The notes beneath the pieces were generated by a model, which worked only from the letters and a program-made list of their open reading frames with translations, was not told where the DNA came from and did no database searches. Positions 54,486 to 64,000 of a DNA stretch of 64,000 bases are shown one piece after another. The first letter of the stretch is position 1; the number at the start of each line of letters is the position of its first letter. The position numbers and the translations under genes are program-made. This stretch comes from Octopus sinensis. Its lineage: Eukaryota. The stretch spans positions 9,796,001 to 9,860,000 of the forward strand of contig NC_043022.1 in NCBI RefSeq assembly GCF_006345805.1. The letters run 5' to 3'.

Positions 54486-55499
54486 TATTATTATTATTAT
54501 CATTATTATTATTATTATTATTTGTTTGGTTTTTGTTTTGTATTTGTACAAGTTGACTCCAAGTCTCACCCAGAGACCTCAAGAGACAAGTTAGAAGATC
54601 AAGTTGGTTTTATGACTAGGGTGCCATATATTTGATTTTGCACAAAGTATTGTGCTAGAGAATGTTTGTCAAAACATAAGCAAATTAGAAGTTTTTATTA
54701 TCATTATTACTATTAAATGAAAACATCCAAATGTTTACATTCAAAATAACGAGTTACTACTGTTAATACCATCAAAAGTGAATATTTTAAAATTGATAAT
54801 ATTAACAGCAGTAACATAGGCGGTCACAGGTTTAATAGCATTATATAGTTATAAAATATAAAATTGGCATGAAGGCATTAGGATGCAGAGAGCATCAGCC
54901 TATCTAGAAGTGAAAGCTAAAGTCTCAATTCAACTACTGGAAGGTACCAAAATAATAACAGTAAACCAGGAAATGGATAAAGAATTAAAAAGCTCACCTA
55001 TAAAGATTATGCCATTCAGATGCTCATATAACATGGTTTTGGGTTCTGGCCCAATGGGCCTCAACCTTCTTTAGTATGAGTTGTTGGGCAAAAATTCCAA
55101 ATCTGCCATGTTACAAATCCATCAGCATTCTGACTTGTTTTGTGCCAAAAACCAGTCTGCATGGTGCAAATATTTATGAGCAAAAAGATCTGAATGCTTA
55201 CATTCAAAATAAGATGTTACTACTGTTAATACCATCTATGGTGAATATTTTTAAATTGATAATATTAACAGCAGTAACGCAGGCAGTTCACAGGTTTAAT
55301 AGCATTATATAGCTATAAAATATAAAATTTGCATAAAGCATTTGGATGCAATAGGCATCAACCGATTCTAAATAGGCTGATGTTTACTGCATCCTAACAC
55401 ATTGTGCTAATTTTATATCATCATCATTATTAGACTTGACTCCAGTTTGATCTTATTCCTGGCAGAATTTATGTGGGTAGCAGGTTACTACCTGTAACT

Positions 55500-56461
55500 T
55501 AAGATATCCACAAGTTTTCAGTAATCTTTCAAATGCTCAAAACCCTTCTGATAAGCTTTCTTATTCCTAAGAGGCAAAATTTCTGTAGAAGCTCTACAGG
55601 ACATTCTATTCTAATCACCTTCAAATATTTATCTATATCTTTACTCACAGACCCCTATGGACCAATTATTATAGGCACAACCTTTACAATTTTCAAATTC
55701 CAATTTCTTGCAATTTCAAATTTTAAGGGATTGTAATTTTTAACTTTTCATCTTCTTTCTTCACAATTATTGTGTATCAAATGGACATGATGAATCAATC
55801 AGTAAGCAACTTCGCTTTTCTTTATCTATTACTAGCAGTATCGCCCGGCTTTGCTCAGGTTTGTTTCGACCCTTTAGAATTGGAATTTTTGAAAAGCAAA
55901 ACTTTTGCATTATGTAGCTTGTTATTCTCTTTAAGTGAACATTTTTCTGGTTGAAATACATCGAAAAATGGCGACACAGCAGTAAAAAAATCGTAAAAAG
56001 TAGGGATTTTCATAGAAAAAAAGCACCTTTTTGATGTAAATAATTGTTGGTGTTAACATGGTCCGATTTGAATTTTTTCTTCTACGGAAGGAAGAGCAAG
56101 CCTTCTATCATACTCTCAATTTTAGTCAACTTGTGCTGCAGGGTCTTGGAGGAGATAGTGTTAGTTGAAGGCTACCAAACCTGCCATACACAGACAACTT
56201 CAGCTTTATGTATATAGAGATTGTTATGTCTGGTCTATTATTTTCTAACTTCTTATCCATTTGAATAGGAAAATCCAATAAAATTTTGCATTTCTTTGAC
56301 TCTAGCACTCTTTCGACCTGATGATCATACCATGTACCTTCAGCTTCAGATCTCCATTTCTGACGAAGCTTCCTGTGTAAAACTTTCACAACTTGGTTAT
56401 ACCTCCATTTTTTATATTCCCCTTGAACCAACTTGGAACATACTGCAACAATGTGTGCCAT
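55500..56461 (-). mobile_element. RLE-type (R4/Dong-like) LINE 3' end, split by a Helitron
   Basis: HIVAVC..EYKKW..RPDIT|IIDKEKRSCLLIDSSCPFD..KVVPIIIG: PD-(D/E)xK-type endonuclease motifs. Confidence 0.75.
55832..56220 (-). mobile_element. Non-autonomous Helitron (389 bp)
   Basis: Minus strand 5'-TC...CTAG-3', subterminal hairpin CCTGAGCAAAGCCGGG, inserted between A and T with no TSD. Confidence 0.8.
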
Positions 56462-57599
56462 TGTCTCATTTCAAATTCCACATTCTCTCTATTTTTCTCA
56501 CACCTTCTCCCCATTCATATATTTTCTCAAGTTGTTTATTTTTAATGCTTGATTTCAGCTGCTATAATAAAGCTCTCTGTTTCTTTTTTTAATTGCCCCT
56601 TTTTTTAACAAAGCCAAGGCTTTTGTTACGTATACATCCTCAGGGACTTTTCAAAACTGACGATACATCATTATTATTATTGAACTTATTAACAGAGCCC
56701 ATCACCGCATTCTGAGTTCAAACTCCACTGAGGTTGACTTTACCTTTCATCTTTTTGGGGTCGATAAAATAAGTACCAGTCAAACACTGGGGTCGATGTA
56801 ATTGGCTCATCCCCTCCCCCAAAATTGCTGCCCTTGTGGTAAAAGTTGAAACCATTATTATTATTATTATTATTATCATCATCATCATCATCATCATTAT
56901 TATTATTATTTATCATCATCATCATCATCATTATTATTATTATTTATCATCATCATCATCATTATTATTATTATTATTATTATTATTTACCTGTTTACAT
57001 TCAAAATCCTTACAACAACACATATGCACACACATGTACACACTTTTCTCCAATCCTGTTTTGCCTTCTCTTCTTCCTCTTCCTACACCACCACCACCAC
57101 CACAACAACAACAACGATATCACCACCACCACCACCACAATCATAGCACATCCCCACCGCCAGCATCAGCAGGATCTTTTGAGGATGCAACTGATATAGC
57201 ACCATATTCTTTGCTGCATCTCCGTGTCGATGGAAGGTCTGATAACTTTACGCACGCACACACACACACACACACACAAATGTACACGTATTTGCAAGTA
57301 TGTACGTATGTCCGTGCATGTATGTGTGTGTGCGTGTGTATATATGTGTGTATGTATGTATGTGTGTGTGTATGTATGTATGTGTATGCCTATGTAGGTA
57401 TGTGCGCACGTGCACCTGTATGTATGTATGTATGTATGTATGTATACAAGAATTTAAACACTTGAATGTAACGTAAAATATATATAGAGTAGAATGGCAT
57501 TATAAAAGATATAGATACAAAATTTGTCTGAAACGATAATTATTACACTAAAACTGAAAAAATGTAATTATAAGTTAGAAAAAGGAACAAAACGTAAAA

Positions 57600-57900
57600 G
57601 AAATTTAATTTTAAATTGATAAAAATAGCATCAAAAAGAGGCAAAATAAATATAAAGAAAATTATAAAGCGGAATTTTAAAAAAAAAGGCGAAAAAAAAA
57701 GAAAAAGATTTCGGCCATGGATACCAAGGGTACGACTCGAACTCCCGACTATTCGCTTTAGAATTTCATCAGGCTGAAAACTTTAAGAGTTATTTCCCTT
57801 GGACCTATTGAGAAACATTTTGTAACAGTTTCTTTCCTGGGAATTTTTAATTCAGGGGAGTTAATTTTTGCTTATGCTAAAGTAAATTATTTGTTTCCAA
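57600..57900. repeat. Dispersed repeat shared with ~60330-60640
   Basis: TTTCCCTTGGACCTATT and TTCAGGGGAG blocks occur at both loci. Confidence 0.5.
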
Positions 57901-58616
57901 TTGCGACATGAATCACGGATTTAAATTTGAAAGGGAAACAGTAAAACCGTATAAACCGACACCGGTTGATGTTGTTGAGCCACACATGATCCCTGAATCA
58001 ATATACTTATAAGTTGTTGTAGCCATGACAATTGCATCTCTTCTTTCGCTGGCTTATTTTACCTCCTGTAAATTACGAGTTCAGTGAAAGATACCGATAG
58101 AATAAGTATCAGCCTTTACAAATATTGGCGTAACTTCGGTATAAGTACCGGTGTAAGTACCAGAAGTACCGGATACATTTCAAGAAAGTTTTTTTTTTTA
58201 TATATGGGGGGTTAGGGGTGGGAGAAAAAAGGGTTTCTGTTATCTTCAGAAATGTCAACAAAGTCACGTGTGTACTTATACCGAAGGATCGCCCAAATAT
58301 TTTCTAGTGTCGAATTTTCCTTTCAAGACAGGATCCCAGCATGGCCGTAGACCAATGTCTGCAACAAGTAAGAAAATAACCAATAAAGACTAACAAAACA
58401 AGCTTAGCTTCATTTGTAACCGGTGCATTGGAGCAGAGAATACTATGAGCACATTGTTAGTGTTGTTGGTTTTTAAGGAGTTGGTGGGTTGTTTGGACGG
58501 TCGTTGTATGATGTTGATGCTATTGTTGTTGTTGTTGTTGTTAAGCAACAAGACGGGTAAGGGTGATTAGGTGATGGTCTAGGGCTTAGGGAGACCTTGG
58601 AAAAAAAAAACTTCGG

Positions 58617-58718
58617 TCATCTTGTAGTCGAGGGCTCTTCGTTGACGCCCGACACCACTGGGAGGTGGCCCTCGAAGTCGCTGGAAATGGAGATCTCCAG
58701 GTCCAAGTTCTTGAACGG
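58617..58718 (-). CDS. Candidate terminal coding exon of an unidentified host gene (PFKNLDLEISISSDFEGHLPVVSGVNEEPSTTR*)
   Basis: Strong G/C bias at third codon positions in one frame; AG acceptor at 58719-20 after an AG-free tract; TGA stop. Confidence 0.45.
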   Translation of the reverse strand, partial: PFKNLDLEISISSDFEGHLPVVSGVNEEPSTTR

Positions 58719-58779
58719 CTGATGTTGATGTTGGTTGTGTTGGTGTTCGAGATAGAGAGTAGCGGTGATGAAGTGTTAG

Positions 58780-58931
58780 GCGGAGGTAAAGAATACGTAC
58801 ACCACCCGTTTTCGGCTTAACAAAAATCCCAAACCCTAACCTTAACCCTAAATCCTAACTTTAACCCTAACCCTATCCATAAACCCTAATCCTAACCCTA
58901 AACACCGGCTGTACGTATTCTTTACTTTCGC
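58780..58931. mobile_element. MITE/fold-back enclosing degenerate (CCCTAA)n
   Basis: Perfect 16-bp inverted repeat GTAAAGAATACGTACA (58786-801) / TGTACGTATTCTTTAC (58910-25) around about 12 telomere-like units. Confidence 0.7.
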
Positions 58932-59029
58932 AGAGTGCAATGAATAAATTGTCGTTTAAATCACGTAAAAATGAAAATAACACTGACATATATTTACCAA
59001 AATTAAATAAGGATATTTTGAAATACCAA

Positions 59030-59500
59030 AGAGTAAATTTGTTCAATAAAATCACCATTGGCTTCAACCACGGTCTCCAGACGACTTCGGAATCTCCTGC
59101 AACTCTTCTGGACGGTCTCCTTTCTTAAATTGGTGAACGCTGCCATAATCCTCGCCTTCAGTTCATCTTTGGTTTTACAAGGAGGTTTGTTGGTCTCTCG
59201 CTCAACTACGCTCCACACATAATAAACAAGGGGGTTGCAGTCTGGGGATTTAGGGGTGATGTGGTTGCAGAAATTGTTTGACGGCCATGATTGGATTCTC
59301 CTGCTTGTGTGGCATGATGCAGGTCTTCCAGCAGCCACTCTCTTAACCCAGGGCAGCACCACCTCCTCCAGGTACTTGATGTAGGCCTCCGTGTTGAGTC
59401 TGAGGTCGTGTGGGAAGATGAATGGAGGCATAACGTCACCATCAATAGTGGTCACTCCAAATACCATGATGTTGACTGGATATTTGATCCTTATCTCTCG
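59030..59500 (-). mobile_element. Tc1/mariner (maT-like) transposase C-terminal remnant
   Basis: IMVFG..GDVMPPFIF..YIKYLEEVVLPW..SPDCNPLVYYVW..CRRFRSRLETVVEANG, with internal deletions. Confidence 0.8.
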
Positions 59501-59889
59501 GTATATGTCCTCAGATTGACACCCAAACGTTCTTAAATGTTTGTACTGGAGCTTGCGGCGTGAATGTATGACAGCATGTCGAGTGAATTGCGTCACGGTG
59601 CTGTTTTTCTCGCAAACGGGAATCGAACCCATGATTGAGCGAATTTGAATACAACACCGAAAGCACTAGTCCATGCACTCCCTGTGTGTCTGTCACTGTT
59701 TCCCCCCTCTCTGTCTGTCTGTCTGTCTGTATGTATGTCATTATTCAGTTTTATTTCGAGATTTCTTGCCAGTAATGAAAGAACCGGTTTCTAACCTACG
59801 TATATGTGCAGATTTGTATGTTCTGTTTTGTGTATGTCTTCTCATGCGTGTAGTTGCATGTCTAGACATGATCATATATATTTAAATGA

Positions 59890-60050
59890 TAAAATGGCTA
59901 GGATTTGTAATCTTTCTGGTTTTGAGAAGCCTAATTTCTCAAGATTGGTATTTAGGCAGTGTGTTACATATTGTAATGCTCCAATAATTACAGGTATGAA
60001 CCTGAACTTGTAATCTGGATAAAGTAGCTGTAGGTTCCTTAGTAGTTCAG
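59890..60050 (-). mobile_element. RLE-type LINE C-terminal remnant
   Basis: ELLRNLQLLYPDYKFRFIPVIIGAL..LEKLGF. Confidence 0.6.
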
Positions 60051-60082
60051 TGTGTGTGTGTATGTATGTATGTATGTATGTA

Positions 60083-60117
<35 letters not shown>

Positions 60118-61599
60118 ATTCTGTACGTACGTTTGTGTGTATGTATGCATTTATGTAACATGTTGCATTTGTTAACAGGAATCACACGTTGGATAAACAT
60201 GTAAGAAATTTCCTATTTGAAAATTTTCTGGCAGAGAAGCAAATGGTACATCATTTAGATTTGGATGAAGCGTTTATATAACAAACACGAAATTCTAAAT
60301 AGACAGGAATTGTCTGTGAAACGATAATGAAAAAATAAATTCAAACAGTAAATACAATTTGAAATAAGAAAATAAGAAATTTTGCTTCAAATAATTAAAC
60401 AGAAATTAAAACAAAAAAAACTACAATGAAAAATAATAAAACGCAATGGAAGAATGAAGACTGAAAACGGGGGAAAATTAAAAAAAAATTTTTTATGCTC
60501 TAGACACCACGAGCAAACAGTTCACGAATATATTAGGAGTTGTTTCCCTTGGACCTATTTCGTAATTGACAAACTTTAATTTCAGGGGAGGAAACTATTG
60601 CTCACTGCTAAAAAAAATTATTATTTTCAAAATAAAGTGTGAACGATAAATGATGGGAAACATTTTAAATGTCAGTATCTTAGATTATAAAAATGACATA
60701 GAGTTCCAAATATATTTATTATATAACAATCCCATCATTATGGCCCACCCTGTATATTGACCCTGAGACAACATACTTATGATCCAAGTTGATCCAGTTG
60801 TGACCATTCCGTCTTTTATTCACAGTATTTTTAGGATCGCATTTTCTAATACAAAGGTTCTCAACCCATTTTAGCTAAACGCTCCCTTTTGACCCTTGGA
60901 GTCACAAATGGTCACCCTACAAAATATTTTTATTTTTCAATATACTACTTATTTTGATATTAGCAGATAATGTTTAAAAACATAAAGGGTGTCGTTTTAC
61001 ATGTGGGCTTGTATGCAGTCGGGAGTACAAATGTACACATTGAAATGAAAAAAACCCAAAATAATAAATGGTCGGTTGAATGAAAGTTTGGTAATTGCCT
61101 TTATTTCCACCACGTGACACTTACGAGATCAACATGTTGTCAATCGAAAGAGTGCTCTTTGGTAAAAGTAAATGCCGATGAAATCATTTCAAACCTTTCC
61201 GATTTCCCTTATCAAACCGGCCAGAACTTGTGCAACAATCTGACATATAAGTTATTGTCACTCGGGAAGAGGATTTTTATGCTCAAGAAAGAAATTGTAT
61301 TTGATAGAAATTGTTGAAATACATAGGTACTTCAGATGAATAGCAAATTGTGGAAAATGGTATTCACTGTAGTTAGATCTAGTTAGTTTGAGTCACAATA
61401 TCAGCCCCCACTTTTAAAATGAAGTAAAAAATCTGAAAATATGTCATATTAAACATTCATTTATTATTCATTTGAACCAAAGAATTTATTGTGAAAAAAT
61501 CTGATGAAAAAGTTACAGACGTTTAAAAATAGAAAAACTGTCTATTTTTAGCAAATAATAAACTTTCGTGGTAGCGAATGGTGTCAACTTTAAGGTTAA

Positions 61600-63700
61600 C
61601 GTTAAGGCTCATAGCATCCTCACTATAGGTGCCCATCTTTTCACAAACGCACAGGTATGTAACAGGTATCTCCTCTTCAGATGGATTTTACTGTTAAGGT
61701 GGTAGTTAAAATAACTCACCAACCCTTCTCTGGAGATGTAGGTACCTGTCCCAATCCCTCTTTTATGCATCTTTCACACTATCTCTTTCAGTATGGCTAC
61801 TACACAGAAAAAACATGCCTGCCTCTCCTTGTTAAACGAAGGAGGTGGTACAATCTTGATGATAGATTCAGCTGATAGCTGTACTCTTTCTCTCATTGAC
61901 ATCAGCTGCTCAGCATAGGCTCTCAGATCCCTTATTTCCGTACACTGCAAGAAGACATGCAGAACAGTTTCATTGTCCTGCCTGCACCTTTGGCATGTCA
62001 GTGGGATGGCACAACTGTGCCTTGACAGTCTCTCTCTTGAACAGGTAAAGCAGATCAGTAACACAACTACTATGCCTCTTTGGCCTCCAGTCTAGCTAGG
62101 GGATATGATTTTCTCATAACCATTCAGGAGAATCAAGAAGGCCTGCACAATTTGTCCAGCTTGGTCTCTGTAGCAACCATCACATCTATACTATGTGACC
62201 TGAGGTCGTTGAGGAAACATGCTTGCTTCCACTTCAAATTCAGGTCATGTACATTTAAGCATCCAATGCAGCCATTTGAAATAAAAAGGGGTGCTTACCT
62301 GCCCTTTTATAGATGAAGGGGGATTAACCTCGGAGTTTCTGAGGTACTCTCCTCTTTTTCTCGTCCTCTCCTCATCTGACTCTATTGAGTCCACTGATTA
62401 GTCAATCAACTTTGGTAACTCCATCAATTTAAAAATGTCTTTTGAATGTCTCATTTTCAAATCTTTAAAAAGATTTTCAGATTTTTTCTGTACATATATG
62501 TATTTTCAATGTCGTTTTTATACAGGTGGGTAGTGTGATGTGGTTTTATGATCCTGTCAAGATAATTGTTTTTTCCACTATATTTTATATGAACACATTT
62601 TGCAGGTGGGGGTGGGGTGGGTGTTAAAGTAAAGGGGCGAGCCTTGTTAATTTTGTTGTCTTTGTATGTGGTTCGTTTTTTTGTTGGGGTTGTAGGTTAT
62701 GAGGGGGTGGGAGACACATTAAGTCTTTTAGTTCTTTTCCCTGTTACCATTTGGTATTCTGTTTCTTCTATTTCAACATTTGGTATGGCGGTCTTTGCTG
62801 TTGGTGCTATTGCTGGCTCCACTTCCAGTACTGGTTCAATTTCAGTTATAGTTACAGGGTTTGCTTTAGTTACAGTTGCAGGATTTGATATATTTTCAGT
62901 TGCAGTTTTCCCAACAATTTTCTCTTTTTGTTTTTTTTTTCAGGTTTTTCCATTTTCTTGGGAGGCTCACAAACTGTCCTCAAATACATTTTTTCCTGCA
63001 TTTGAAGCACTGAGGCCTCCTCCCTTCTGCTTGCACCTTTAGGATTATGTCTTCCCCCACGAACACCCAGTCAGGAATATTGCCTCAACCAATTTTGAGG
63101 AGGCAGATAGTGTAACTTATAAGATTTCCATCTTCTCTTCCCTTTGAAAGCACAGTGTGGCTAGCACCCATGCAACCTCAGTTTTGGGTGGCACTTTGTG
63201 TATTTTTATCTGGGACATTCTAAGTCCCAGATATGGAGGTAGAAGTGCCACCTCATCATTTTTCATTGCTCGCACAGAGTGCTCACAGGCCTTTTTGGTG
63301 TTTGAAAAACGTACCTCCACTGTCACATATTTTTTTGCCTCAGGCCAAATAAGTAATGTCTTTCCAAATTTGCCTGAGGCATTTTTCAATTTTTACCTCA
63401 GCTAGGTTTGTTATTCTTTTGTTTTTAACATCATAGCTTTTATAGATAATAGTTCTGTTTTTTTTTTGTCTGGGTTATTATTTCACTTGGGGGAGGGCGA
63501 TTTGCACATCACCCTCGTTTATCGTTAACATTCCATAGTTAGATTGTATCTCAGCCCTCGGGACTGAGACACGTTCCTGGTGAATAGCGGCTGCTGCGAA
63601 AATTTTGACAGTGACTCTTGTCATGTTTTTTTTTTCTTCTGTTATTGTTTCATCAATATCACTCTCTACGAGAGGCATGATTTCGTTAAATAATATTGAC
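61600..63700 (-). mobile_element. Old Tx1-clade LINE: ORF1 remnant, APE start and C-terminus, with RT deleted
   Basis: GCLNVHDL..WKQ..LNDLRSH..ETKL near 62280-62150, then CQRCRQDNETVLHVFLQC..LSAESII at 62064-61774, homologous to the array ORF2. Confidence 0.75.
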
Positions 63701-64000
63701 TGCCATTGCAGTGAAATGCTTAGCGGTATTTCGTCTGTCTTTATGTTTTGAATTCAAATTCTACCAAGGTTGATATTGCCTTTCATCCTTTCAGAGTGAA
63801 CATAATAAGTACCAGTTGCGTACTGAAATCAGTCTAATTGACTGGCCCCTTCCCCTAAAATTTTGGGTTTTGTGCCTAGAGAAAAATATAATATATATTT
63901 TTAAACAAAATTATTTTTCTCAAAAAGGGAAAGAAAAGTAAACTGGATTTCTCTCAAAAGAGAAACACAGAAATGATTTTAATGTTCAAGTCTTTCCCCT

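Noticed and set aside
54735-55362. ~165-bp direct duplication (54735-54900 / 55198-55362) as LTRs
   Set aside because: No TG..CA ends, PBS or PPT; a simple old tandem duplication.

Overview
Eukaryotic, AT-rich, repeat-dense genomic window with one 100-N gap. The tRNA-derived SINE families and microsatellite load look like an octopus/coleoid cephalopod genome; this is inferred from recalled repeat families, not from a search. Most ORFs in the supplied track are microsatellite artefacts (I/Y, C/V, L/S/I/Y, poly-H/T). The dominant feature is an array at 17.3-28.3 kb of five head-to-tail, differently 5'-truncated Tx1/L1-clade non-LTR retrotransposon copies from two subfamilies. Each is inserted in the same orientation and repeat phase into an (ATCT)n = GATA microsatellite, and rare repeat variants reveal 15-16 bp target-site duplications. 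The element's 3' UTR holds a conserved stem plus three matched tracts (TCTTTTC / CTTTTCT / AGAAAAG) that could form a MALAT1/ENE-like RNA triple helix. The rest consists of remnants of RTE, CR1, RLE-type and older Tx1 LINEs, mariner/Tc1 elements, MITEs, a Helitron, Penelope-like hammerhead remnants, a decayed 28S rRNA fragment, several fold-backs and minisatellites, and a few weak host-gene signals. The best host-gene candidate is a GC3-rich terminal exon on the minus strand at 58617-58718. No host gene could be named.
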